NCBI GenBank assembly: GCA_965204175.1 | Contig: OZ241978.1 | Span: forward strand, 4,282,728 to 4,346,727 | DNA: 64,000 nt | Direction of reading: 5' to 3' | DNA from: Vicinamibacterales bacterium | GTDB taxonomy: Bacteria; Acidobacteriota; Vicinamibacteria; Vicinamibacterales; UBA8438 | Shown: positions 54,714 through 63,709 of the stretch, piece after piece | How the letters are laid out: the number at the start of each line of letters is the position of its first letter | Position numbering within the stretch: position 1 is the stretch's first letter | Made by a program: the position numbers and the translations under genes | The notes under the pieces: model-generated | What the model saw: only the letters and a program-made list of their open reading frames with translations | Told to the model about the DNA's origin: nothing | Database searches by the model: none

Positions 54714-56381
54714 ATGGACATCCCCTACTCCCGCCGCTTTCTCGGAGGGTGCGTTGCGCTGACGCTCGCTGCGGTCCCGCCGGCGGCCGCGCCCGCTCAC
54801 CCGGGCGCCCCCGCGACCGCGGGCGGTCAGGATTCCCGGCTCGTCGCCGCCGCGACGGCGCAGGACGCGGCAGGCGTGCGTGCCCTGCTCGATGCCGGCA
54901 TCCATCCGGACACACCGCGGGCGGACGGCGCCACGGCGCTCCTCTGGGCAGCCCACCGGGACGACCTCGACCTGGTCGATCTGCTGCTGGCCGCGGGCGC
55001 CGACGTGAACGCGGCGGACGACCACGGCGTGACCCCGCTGCAGCGGGCCGCCGAGAACGCGAGCCTCGCCATGGTCGACCGGCTGCTGGCCGCGGGCGCC
55101 GACGTGGACGCGGCGCAGACCAGCGGCCTGACCGCGTTGATGATCGCCGCCCGCACGGGCGACGCCCGCGTGCTGAGCCTGCTGCTGAAGCATGGGGCGA
55201 ACGCCGACGCCGCCACCACCGAAACCCGCAGCACGGCGCTGATGTGGGCGGTGGCCGAGGCCCACCCGCACAGTGTCGTTGTCCTGCTCGACGCCGGCGC
55301 GAACCCGCACGCATCGACCGCCGCCGGCTTCACGCCGCTGCTCTTCGCCGCGCGCAACGGCGACGTCGCGATGGCCCGCCTGCTGATTGCCGCCGGCGTC
55401 GACGTGAACCACTCCGGCGCGGACGGCACGCACGCCCTGCCCTACGCGATCGTCAGGGGCCACGACGACTTCGCCCGATTCCTGCTTCAGCAGGGCGCCG
55501 ACCCCAACGGGGCGATGGGCGGAGTGCCCGCGCTGCACGCCGCCGCCGGCCGCGTCGACACGTGGCTCGCCGAGTGGAACCGGCGCCACGGCGGCGGTGC
55601 GCGGTACAGCACGCGGGGCAGCTCGGCCTTCGACCCGGTGCGGGCGCTGCCGCTGGTGAAGGCGCTGCTGGCGCGCGGCGCGGACCCGAACGGCCGCATC
55701 GCTTCATCCGCCATGTTCATGAGCTACATCGGCTACCCGAAGAAGGGCGCGTTCGAGCCGTTCGCCGTCGGCACCGGCGATCTGCTGGGCGCCACGCCGC
55801 TGTGGATCGCCGCCTACAGCGCGAACGCGCGGGTCAAGGACATCCGCTTCGGCAGGCCCGAGGGCACCGGGGCCGTCGAGGGCGCCGCGAGCCGCGCCAG
55901 CGCCGAGATCCTCAGGTTGCTCCTGGCCGCGGGAGCCGACCCGCACGGGACCACGGTCGACGGCACCACGCCGCTGATGGTGGCGGCGGGACTCGGCCGG
56001 TCGACGTATACGCCGCGGGAGCCGCGGGGCGCCCGGTCGCCGGGCGCGGAGCGGGCGGTGGAGATCCTGATCGAGGCGGGCGCCGACGTGAACGCGGTCA
56101 ACGAAGCAGGCTTCACGGCCCTGCACGGCGCCGCGTTCCGGGGGCTGAACGAGGTGATCGAGTACCTGGTGGCGCAGGGGGCCGATATCGACGCCCGCGA
56201 CTTCCGCGGCCGCACCGCCTATCGGATGGCCGAGGGATCCAAGCAGTCGTTCCAGTTCCAGAGCTGGCCCGAGACCGCGGCGTTCCTGAAGGGCCTCGGC
56301 GCCAACGCCCGGCTGGGAATCCCGGGTACCGTGCAGGAACGCCTGCGCGACGTGCCGGCGGCGGCAGCCGCCAACCAGTAG
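54714..56381 (+). CDS. Ankyrin-repeat protein with an N-terminal signal-like sequence
   Basis: AGGAGAG lies upstream. Multiple ANK repeats are visible, e.g. 'GATALLWAAHRDDLDLVDLLLAAGADVNAADDHGVTPL'. Confidence 0.8.
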   Translation: MDIPYSRRFLGGCVALTLAAVPPAAAPAHPGAPATAGGQDSRLVAAATAQDAAGVRALLDAGIHPDTPRADGATALLWAAHRDDLDLVDLLLAAGADVNAADDHGVTPLQRAAENASLAMVDRLLAAGADVDAAQTSGLTALMIAARTGDARVLSLLLKHGANADAATTETRSTALMWAVAEAHPHSVVVLLDAGANPHASTAAGFTPLLFAARNGDVAMARLLIAAGVDVNHSGADGTHALPYAIVRGHDDFARFLLQQGADPNGAMGGVPALHAAAGRVDTWLAEWNRRHGGGARYSTRGSSAFDPVRALPLVKALLARGADPNGRIASSAMFMSYIGYPKKGAFEPFAVGTGDLLGATPLWIAAYSANARVKDIRFGRPEGTGAVEGAASRASAEILRLLLAAGADPHGTTVDGTTPLMVAAGLGRSTYTPREPRGARSPGAERAVEILIEAGADVNAVNEAGFTALHGAAFRGLNEVIEYLVAQGADIDARDFRGRTAYRMAEGSKQSFQFQSWPETAAFLKGLGANARLGIPGTVQERLRDVPAAAAANQ

Positions 56382-56540
56382 GGGCCTGCGCCGGCTCGCT
56401 CCGCGACGCCGCCTGACGCGGCTCTCGCTCGGAGCCCAGACTGGAAGAGGAATCTCGGGGGCGACTCCGCGCCACCACCAGCAGAAGAACTCCCCGGAGA
56501 CATGGGCGGGCCTCCGGGGAGTTGCCCGATCATCCGAGCG

Positions 56541-57428
56541 TTACCCGGCGAGATGCCGCCGGAAGAAGCCCACGGTGCGGTTCCACGCCAAGCCCGCCGC
56601 CGCCTCGTTGTAGCGCGGCGTCGAGTTGTTGTGGAAGCCGTGCAGCGTCCCCGGGAACATGTGCATCTCGTAGTCGACGTTGTTGGCCTGCAACGCCGCC
56701 TCGTACTCGGGCCACATGGCGTTGATGCGCGGGTCGGACTCCGCGTAGATGACCATCAGCGACGCTTCGATCTTCGGCACGTCCGCGGTGGCCGCCGTGG
56801 CGCCGTAGAACGGCACGCCAGCCTGCAGATCGCCGCCGAGCTCCACCGCCAGCCGGTTGGTCATGCCGCCGCCCCAGCAGAAGCCGGTGGCGCCGAGCCG
56901 GCCGTTGGACAGGGCGTGGCTCTTCAGGAACCGGGCGCTGTTGATCATGTCCTGATCCAGCGTCGCCGGATCGATGCTCCGCTGCAGCGTGCGGCCGTCG
57001 TCGTCGTTGCCGGGATAGCCGCCGACCGGCGACAGCCCGTCCGGCGCCAGCGCCAGGAAGCCGGCGACCGCCGCGCGGCGCGCAACGTCCTCGATGTGCG
57101 GATTCAGGCCGCGGTTCTCGTGGATGACCAGCACCGCCGGGAACGGCCCGTCGCCGGTCGGCTGCACGAGGTAGCCGCGCATCTCGCCGGAGGTGCCGCC
57201 CGGCGAGGGGTACTCGACGTAGGTCCCCTTCATCCGCGGGTCGGTGAAGGAGATGGTCTGCGCCTCGGCGTAGCGCGGCATCAGCGCCTGCGCCATCCAC
57301 AACGCGGAGACGCCGCCGACGGTGAGGGCCGCGGCCCGGCTGAGGAACTCGCGCCGGTCGATGTAGCCGTGGCAGTACTCGTCGTAGAGATCGAAGACCC
57401 GGGGGTCGATCTTCTGCTGTTCTGTCAT
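56541..57428 (-). CDS. Dienelactone hydrolase-family protein with a Tat-like leader
   Basis: AGGAG lies upstream of the ATG at 57428. The leader is 'IDRREFLSRAAALTVGG'. 'VLVIHENRGLNPHIEDVARR' and 'GFCWGGG' fit the family. Confidence 0.8.
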   Translation of the reverse strand: MTEQQKIDPRVFDLYDEYCHGYIDRREFLSRAAALTVGGVSALWMAQALMPRYAEAQTISFTDPRMKGTYVEYPSPGGTSGEMRGYLVQPTGDGPFPAVLVIHENRGLNPHIEDVARRAAVAGFLALAPDGLSPVGGYPGNDDDGRTLQRSIDPATLDQDMINSARFLKSHALSNGRLGATGFCWGGGMTNRLAVELGGDLQAGVPFYGATAATADVPKIEASLMVIYAESDPRINAMWPEYEAALQANNVDYEMHMFPGTLHGFHNNSTPRYNEAAAGLAWNRTVGFFRRHLAG

Positions 57429-57549
57429 GGGTCGTGCTCCTGGGAACGGCGCACGCACCGCGCGCTCGTGACGGCGCGTACGGCTGGACGGGGTTGCCGC
57501 GGGAACACGGGGACGGGCCGGCTCGCGGCCGCCCGTCCCCGCACGAAGC

Positions 57550-58245
57550 CTACGAACGGACCTTGACTACGACGCGCCGGTTCTGCGCCCGGCCCTCGCT
57601 CGTGTCGTTCGGCGCCGCCGGCTGATCTTCGCCGAAGCTGATCGTGTTCATCTTGTGCAGCGGGACGTTGTGCTGCCGGTACAGGTAGTCCTTCACCGCC
57701 TCGGCGCGCTGCAGGCCGAGACGCATGTTGTAGGTCGCGTCGCCGGTGTTGTCGGTGTGGCCTTCGATCTCGATGAACCCGCCGTCACCGGCCGCGTGGA
57801 TCTGGGCTACCAGTTGATCGAGGCGGGTCTGCGCGGCCTGCGGCAGATCCGATCGGCCACTCTGGAAGTTGCCCTGCGCCTCGTTGAGCGTGACCTCCAT
57901 GATCAGCCGGCCGATCCGGTTCTCGACCGCCCCGACGCGGTTGCCGGCGTCGTCGGCGCTCATCTGCGCGGAGTCCGCCGCGCCCTGCGCCGTCTGGGCC
58001 GCCATGTTGGCCGCCTGCGCGCGCTGATCGACCTGGCCGATCTGCTCGGCGTTCTGGGTCGTCCGCTCCTGGACCTCCTCCACCCGGTTGTTCAGATCGT
58101 TGACGTTGTCCACGGTCTCGCCGAGCCCGGCGCCCGCGTCGCCGCCGTCGTTGACCACCCAGCCCCTGGTCGCGCAACCCGACGCGAGCAGCACGATCAC
58201 CGCCGCCAGCGCCATCATCTTCGCCGTCATCCGCATCTTCCGCAT
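57550..58245 (-). CDS. OmpA-family lipoprotein with a coiled-coil spacer
   Basis: AGGAGG lies upstream. The lipobox 'LLASGCA' is followed by the OmpA_C motif 'IEGHTDNTGDATYNMRLGLQRAEAV'. Confidence 0.85.
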   Translation of the reverse strand: MRKMRMTAKMMALAAVIVLLASGCATRGWVVNDGGDAGAGLGETVDNVNDLNNRVEEVQERTTQNAEQIGQVDQRAQAANMAAQTAQGAADSAQMSADDAGNRVGAVENRIGRLIMEVTLNEAQGNFQSGRSDLPQAAQTRLDQLVAQIHAAGDGGFIEIEGHTDNTGDATYNMRLGLQRAEAVKDYLYRQHNVPLHKMNTISFGEDQPAAPNDTSEGRAQNRRVVVKVRS

Positions 58246-58272
58246 GATTCCTCCTGAAACAACCGTGTGACC

Positions 58273-59229
58273 CTACCACTTCAGTCGGGCCCGGCCCGCC
58301 ACGTACCCGCTACGGGCCTGGACCACCAGATTATCATCAGCCGTCCGGATCTCGATGGGATGCCATCCGCGGCGGACGCTGGGCTGGAACGTAAGCACGT
58401 ACTGGTAACGCAGGCCGGGCAGCAATCCGTGCAGCGCGGCGTGCAGATCCTCGGGGCTGCGCGCGGCGTGCACGCTGCCGCCGGTCCAGCGCGCAAGGTC
58501 GGCCAGCGAGCCCGCCGCATCCGTAGCCCCGGCGTCGGCCGCGCGGCGGATTGCGCGCCGGGGCTGCGGTCGGGCCACCGTCAGCACATGCACCGGCACG
58601 GCGATGGCGCTCGCCGCGCCCGAGACCTCTCCCGCCGTGCGCCGGCTGCCGTTGTCCACTCCGTCGGTCACCACGAGCAGCGCGCGGTGGGGGTTGGCGC
58701 GCCGGCCCACCAGCGTCGCCGCGTCGGCAATCGCGTCGTAGAGGGACGTCTTTCCGTAGGGCGCCTCCCGCAGCTCCAGCGCGCCGACGCGATGCAGCTC
58801 GTTCGTGAAGGAGGTGACTTCCCGCAGCACCGTATCGAAGGTGAAGAGCGCCAGCTCGTCCCGGCCCGCCTGCAGCGACCCGGCTATCGCATCCACGGCG
58901 CGGCGGGCCCGGTCGATGTTGCGGTCGAGCGCCATGCTCCCGCTGATGTCGACGAGCACGGCGATGCTGAGCGCCGCGTCGCTGGGGTAGACGTGCTCGA
59001 TGCGACGGCCGTAGCCGCTGTCCTTCAGCCGGAAGTCCGCGGGGGAAAGATCGCGCACGATCCGCCCCCGGCGGTCGCGCACGGAGACGTTCACCGTGAC
59101 CATGTCGACCCCGGACGTGAACGTCGGGGCCGGATCGCGCTCGACGGCGGTCGGCCGGCCCTGCGCGGACAAGCCCGAAGCGAGCAGCGCCGCGAGGCCA
59201 ACGGTTGTGAATATCGTGCGAGCGCGCAT
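58273..59229 (-). CDS. Secreted VWA-domain protein (TIGR03436-like)
   Basis: The product has a signal peptide. 'VTVNVSVRDRRGRIVRDLSPADFRL', the MIDAS-like 'VLVDISGSM' and 'LLVVTDGVDN' fit the family. Confidence 0.8.
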   Translation of the reverse strand: MRARTIFTTVGLAALLASGLSAQGRPTAVERDPAPTFTSGVDMVTVNVSVRDRRGRIVRDLSPADFRLKDSGYGRRIEHVYPSDAALSIAVLVDISGSMALDRNIDRARRAVDAIAGSLQAGRDELALFTFDTVLREVTSFTNELHRVGALELREAPYGKTSLYDAIADAATLVGRRANPHRALLVVTDGVDNGSRRTAGEVSGAASAIAVPVHVLTVARPQPRRAIRRAADAGATDAAGSLADLARWTGGSVHAARSPEDLHAALHGLLPGLRYQYVLTFQPSVRRGWHPIEIRTADDNLVVQARSGYVAGRARLKW

Positions 59230-59344
59230 CGTGTCGGGTAGAGCCGGCCCCGCGCCGAAGGCCTCCTGCTGTTAATTCTACGGTTTTTTCGGGTTTCCCG
59301 CGCGGCGGCGTCAGCGCCGTGCCGACCGGCCCGGCGCCGCACCA

Positions 59345-61828
59345 CTAGAAGCGGAACAACCGGTTCACCTTCACCACGAGGCCGCGGTTGCGAAGCGCGG
59401 AGAAGCTGTCGAAGCGGTCCGGACGCAACGGGTCGCTGTCGCGGTCCTCGGTGTAGACGACGAAGAGCTCGCTGCCGGGGCTGTACTCCCAGCGCAGCCG
59501 CAGGTTGGTGCTCACGCTGTTGGCCGCCGAGTTGTACTGGATCAGCCCGCCGAAGAACATGCGGGGCGAGAACGTATAGGTGACGCGGGAGACGATCAGC
59601 CGCGTGTGGAACGAGCCGGACGGCGTGTCGATCCAGTTCTCCGACAGGGTCGGTTCGATGGACAGCTCCGGGGTCACCGCCAGACGTCCCTGGCTGAAGC
59701 CGACGGACCGGATGTTCCCGTTGAAGTACTCGCCGCCCCGTACCGTGACGGTCCCCGTCAGGCGGCGCTGCGCCCCGACCTGGTACGTCGCCTCGACGTC
59801 GCGGAACCCGTAGCCGCCCACCGGCAGCACGACGCCCGGTCCCGGTTCGAACGGCCGCACCAGGAACTCGTAGTTGTCCGCGACCGTCACGCCCAACCGG
59901 TCGCTGGTCTCGAACTCGGTGCTGAAGCCCACCTGCGCCTGCTTCGTCTCCAGGATGCCGGTGTCGGCGGTCAGTATGTGGTCGTAGCCCGCTTCGAGCC
60001 GGAACTGCCGCACCGCCGCCAGGGACGCCGGGCGCGGACTGAAGCGTCCCGCGAGGTACGAGCGCCGGAAGTTGTCGCGCCGTAGAAAGCCCACCTCGGG
60101 AATGAAGTTTTCCTCGACGACGAGGTGCTCGGCGGTCAGGCCGTAGCGATCCGCGGCGTACATGAACTGGCCCTGGTAGCTCGTGTCGCGCCCCTCGAAA
60201 CCGGGCGTTACGGTCCTGGCGGCGTAGCCCACCACGCTCACGTTCTCGTAGAACGCCAGGGTGGCGTCGGCGCCGAACACCCGGTTCGCACCGCCCTGCC
60301 CTTCTACCGAAACGGAACGGTTGGTGAACAGGGCGCCGACGGCGCTGCGGCGCAGGATGTCGCGCTTCAACCGCACGACGGTGAAGTTCGTCGACGCGGC
60401 GCCGGCCGGTCCCTGCGCCGCCGCGGCGCGCGCACCGGTCTGGATGTTCAGCAGGCCCACATCGAAGTCGCCGGCTTTTCCCGTGACCCGGCCGCCGCCG
60501 ACAATCGGCACCTCCGCGCCATCCTGCAGGCCGATCCGGCGCGAATAGAAGAGCGTCGGCGCGTTGCCGCTCCCGCGCGAGCTGCGGCCGCCGCCGCCGA
60601 TCTGGCGCAGCGCGCTGGACCGCGAGCTCGGGCCGCCGCCGCGGGCGAACTCGAAGATGCCCCGGCCTTCGAGAAAGAACTCGCGCTTCTCGGGGAAGAA
60701 CAGGCTGAAGCGGGTCAGGTTCACCTGCTGCTCGTCCACCTCCACCTGCGCGAAGTCCGTGTTGTACGTGAAGTCGGCCGTCAGGTTCTGGGTGATGCCG
60801 TACTTGAGGTCCACGCCGCCGTCGCCGTTCCATGCCGTCGGAGGGCTGACGTTGACGTCGGTCGTGGACCCGCCGATGCCGTACGGCTTGATTTCGAGGA
60901 CGTTGCCCTCGTTGGGCACCTCCAGGCCGACGAGCATGGCCGCGTCGGACACCCGGAAGAGCCCGCGCCGCCCCGCCGAGATGGGCACCGGCGTGAGGTA
61001 GGAGCGCTCGTTCTTCCGGCGCACCATGCGGCGGAACTGGATTCCCCAGACCGGCGCCGGTCCCGGCCGGTAACGCACCGACTTGAAGGGAATCTCCATC
61101 TCGACCGTCCAGCCGCCCGCGAAGCGTCCCGTGCGCACGTCCCACACCGGGTTCCAGTCGCCGTTCGGATTGCCCTCGTTGGTGATCTGGAAGTCCCCGA
61201 GCGCGCCGAGCGGGTTCGTGTAGAACGCGATGCCGTTGCGCCGGTCGTTGAACGTGTCGAAGGCCACCCAGAAGGTGTCGTTCTCGCGGAGCTGCGGCGT
61301 GTCGCGCTGCATCTCGTTCGCCACCCAGGCGCTCGGCGGGGCCGAGTCCCACAGGCGGGCGGCGACGTAGATGCTCGCCGCGTCGAAGAAGACCCAGGCC
61401 TCGGTTCTCTCGCTGGCCGGCGCGCCCTCGTTCGGCTCCTGCTGGATGAAGTCGTCGATGGCGGGGACGATCTCGTACGCCGGCTCGTCGAGGACGCCGT
61501 CCAGACGCAGCCCGGCGGTCAGCCTGACGGCGCGGACGGTGGCGCGTCGCAGCGCATCGCGCGCGATCACCGCGGGCGGCGACGGCGGGGGCGGGCGATC
61601 GACCGCCCCGGTCACTGCGAACCCGGCCCCGGCGGCGGCTACCGGGTCCGTCGTCTCGAGCAGATCCGGCGTGCCCGGAACGGGATCGGACTGCGCGTGG
61701 GCGATGCTGCCGATGCCGGCCGAGGCAAGGAGGGCCAAGACCGTCGCGAAACCGGCAGCACGCCGGCAACGGCCGGACCGGCGCAGGGGCCTCGGCGAGC
61801 GACGGCAGCGCGGGGCAGAGGGGGTCAC
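59345..61828 (-). CDS. Outer-membrane/secreted CBM9-like + DUF5916-type protein
   Basis: The GTG at 61828 lies 13 nt after the upstream stop. 'LDGVLDEPAY...', 'FYTNPLGA' and a C-terminal beta-barrel-like end '...VVKVNRLFRF' fit this type. The family name is from memory. Confidence 0.65.
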   Translation of the reverse strand: MTPSAPRCRRSPRPLRRSGRCRRAAGFATVLALLASAGIGSIAHAQSDPVPGTPDLLETTDPVAAAGAGFAVTGAVDRPPPPSPPAVIARDALRRATVRAVRLTAGLRLDGVLDEPAYEIVPAIDDFIQQEPNEGAPASERTEAWVFFDAASIYVAARLWDSAPPSAWVANEMQRDTPQLRENDTFWVAFDTFNDRRNGIAFYTNPLGALGDFQITNEGNPNGDWNPVWDVRTGRFAGGWTVEMEIPFKSVRYRPGPAPVWGIQFRRMVRRKNERSYLTPVPISAGRRGLFRVSDAAMLVGLEVPNEGNVLEIKPYGIGGSTTDVNVSPPTAWNGDGGVDLKYGITQNLTADFTYNTDFAQVEVDEQQVNLTRFSLFFPEKREFFLEGRGIFEFARGGGPSSRSSALRQIGGGGRSSRGSGNAPTLFYSRRIGLQDGAEVPIVGGGRVTGKAGDFDVGLLNIQTGARAAAAQGPAGAASTNFTVVRLKRDILRRSAVGALFTNRSVSVEGQGGANRVFGADATLAFYENVSVVGYAARTVTPGFEGRDTSYQGQFMYAADRYGLTAEHLVVEENFIPEVGFLRRDNFRRSYLAGRFSPRPASLAAVRQFRLEAGYDHILTADTGILETKQAQVGFSTEFETSDRLGVTVADNYEFLVRPFEPGPGVVLPVGGYGFRDVEATYQVGAQRRLTGTVTVRGGEYFNGNIRSVGFSQGRLAVTPELSIEPTLSENWIDTPSGSFHTRLIVSRVTYTFSPRMFFGGLIQYNSAANSVSTNLRLRWEYSPGSELFVVYTEDRDSDPLRPDRFDSFSALRNRGLVVKVNRLFRF

Positions 61829-61841
61829 AACCTTGCCGCGG

Positions 61842-62900
61842 TTATCGGGCGCCGGCAGCGGTCGCCGCGGCCTCCCGCTCTTCCGCGCGGTGTCCGGCCA
61901 GGATCCCCTCCATGCCGATGTTGCCCTCGTGGCAGGCGTACTCGAAGAGCGCCTCGTCCTTGCGCGCCAGCGGAATCATGGCCGTCCACCGGCCCGCGTA
62001 GGTGCCCGGATCGTCGACCGTGAACTCGTGCTCGAGCGTATCGGGACCGACCCGCGTGAAGCGCTCGACGAGGCGCAAGCGCTCCGCGGACCCGCGCTGC
62101 CGCTGGTAGAGAGCGGCCGGCGACTCGCTCCGGACCGAGAAGTTCCTCGTCTCGACCACCAGCGTGTCCCCGTCCCAGTAGCCGCGCGCGTCGCCGTGCC
62201 ACTGGCGGATGGCGTCGTCGACGTGCGGTCCCGCGTCGATCGGGATGATGCGCGCGTCGTGAATCATCTCGTGCAGGAAGGCCACGTGGTCGGGCGTCTG
62301 GATGATCTGGTAGTAGGTGTTGTAGCCGGCGAACAGGTTCGGCATCCCGAACGTGATGCAGCGTTCCTGCAGCCGCCGGTCGGTCCAGGACGACGCGGGG
62401 TTGTCCGCGAGATGGGCGATCCGGGCGTCGATCCGCTGCTGCGTCTCCGGCGTGAAGGCCGGCAGGCGTCCGCTCGGCGGATCGATCACCAGCGAGGTCC
62501 GGTTGTCGAACTCGCGGTCGACCAGCCAGAACTGGTTGTAGTTGCCGGTGGCCGTGTCGCGCGACGAGAAGTCGTCCGAATCGCCGAGGGCGGCGACGAA
62601 AACGCTGTCCGCGAACGCCGCGTCGCTCTCGCCGCTGGCGAAGAGCTCCGCGTAGCGCGCCTCCAGCCGGGCCAGCTCCTCGTCGGTGAGCGTCGCCTTG
62701 TCGCCCAGGATCTCCGGCCGTTCCAGCGGCGTGGCGGTGTTGTTCGCCCACACGCCCTGCAGGTCGGGCCGGCCCTCCGGCGTGCGCGGCACGGTCCACT
62801 GCTCTTCTTGCGACTGCGCCTCGCCCGCTGCCGGCCCCGCGAGCAGCGCTCCCGCGAGCAGCGCCCCGACCACACGGCGCACGGTTCGTGACTGACTCAT
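61842..62900 (-). CDS. Uncharacterised secreted 'CHEGN-motif' family protein, paralog 4
   Basis: GGGAGGCAGGGG lies upstream. The product has a signal peptide and the motifs 'TSLVIDPPSGRLP', 'ERC', 'QTPDHVAF', 'GYWDGDTLVVETRNF' and 'FEYACHEGNIG'. Confidence 0.85.
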   Translation of the reverse strand: MSQSRTVRRVVGALLAGALLAGPAAGEAQSQEEQWTVPRTPEGRPDLQGVWANNTATPLERPEILGDKATLTDEELARLEARYAELFASGESDAAFADSVFVAALGDSDDFSSRDTATGNYNQFWLVDREFDNRTSLVIDPPSGRLPAFTPETQQRIDARIAHLADNPASSWTDRRLQERCITFGMPNLFAGYNTYYQIIQTPDHVAFLHEMIHDARIIPIDAGPHVDDAIRQWHGDARGYWDGDTLVVETRNFSVRSESPAALYQRQRGSAERLRLVERFTRVGPDTLEHEFTVDDPGTYAGRWTAMIPLARKDEALFEYACHEGNIGMEGILAGHRAEEREAAATAAGAR

Positions 62901-63045
62901 CCCCTGCCTCCCGGGTTCGGATCCCCCGAATTATACGGTGCGGTCTGTAACCACGCGCCGTCGTATCGGTTGTACGCCCTTCTCGTCGTGCACCGGCATC
63001 CTACAATAGTTATGACTCAGGCTTGATGTCGCACTGGAGACGCCG

Positions 63046-63279
63046 ATGCCAACCACCACTTCAGCGACCAGAACACGGGTCACCATCTCGGTGCCGCCCG
63101 ACATCGCACGGTACCTCCGATCGACCTCCAACGCCAGCGCCCTGGTCTGCGAGGCGATCAGGATGTACCGGGCCCGCGATCTGGCGCGCCGCCTCGAGGA
63201 AGCGTACCGGGCCGACCGCACCGAGGCGGAGCGGATCAACCAGGAATGGGAAGGCGCCGACGCCGAGGTGTCGGAATGA
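63046..63279 (+). CDS. MazE/RHH-like antitoxin
   Basis: The 77-aa ORF contains 'RVTISVPPDIARYLR'. Its stop overlaps the ATG of the MazF-like gene (ATGA at 63276-63279). Confidence 0.6.
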   Translation: MPTTTSATRTRVTISVPPDIARYLRSTSNASALVCEAIRMYRARDLARRLEEAYRADRTEAERINQEWEGADAEVSE

Positions 63280-63631
63280 ACCCATCGTTGGAACGGGGTA
63301 TCGTCGTGAGTGTTCGCTTCGATCCCACGAAGGACGCGAGATCCGGAAGACGCGACCGGCGATCGTCGTCTCCAACGACGTCGCGTGCCGGTTCGACGCC
63401 GTAGTCCAGGTCGTGCCGGTGACGAACCTGCCCGCCAGAGCACTGCGGCCCTACGAGTCACGTTGCGGGTCTCGCGCCAGCGGTCTCGCCCGACCCTCGC
63501 GGGCGGTTGCCAACCAGATTCGCACGGTGTCGCGGAACCGGATCGGCCAGACGATCGGACGCCTGGCTCCCGACGAGACCGCGGACCTCGATCGGGCGCT
63601 CCGGATTCAGTTGGCGCTCGACGCGCAGTAG
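63276..63631 (+). pseudogene. mazF: MazF/PemK-family toxin gene with a 1-nt frame break near 63331
   Basis: Frame 1 reads 'MNPSLERGIVVSVRFDPTK'. Frame 2 then reads 'REIRKTRPAIVVSNDVA...VQVVPVTN...ANQIRTVSRNRIG'. One extra G would give 'DPTKGREIRKTRPAIVV'. Length is 356 nt. Confidence 0.6.
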
Positions 63632-63709
63632 AGCAGACCGCCCCGGCACGCTATCGCTTCAGGGCGCCTGCGGCAGAATGGGGCTATCGTCGATCCGTAC
63701 AATGGACAG

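Noticed and set aside
53690-61769. Long ORFs 53690..56416(+), 54348..55589(-), 59091..61769(-) and 60125..62023(+).
   Set aside because: They are alternative frames of the secreted-protein, ankyrin and DUF5916-like genes, with Arg/Pro/Gly-rich products and no motifs.
62905-62925. The 'gggttcggatccc' motif resembling a tRNA T-arm, which could have been a tRNA gene or att fragment.
   Set aside because: The flanking bases do not form a 5-bp T-stem or an acceptor stem. The segment is the RBS region (GGGAGGCAGGGG on the minus strand) of CHEGN paralog 4.
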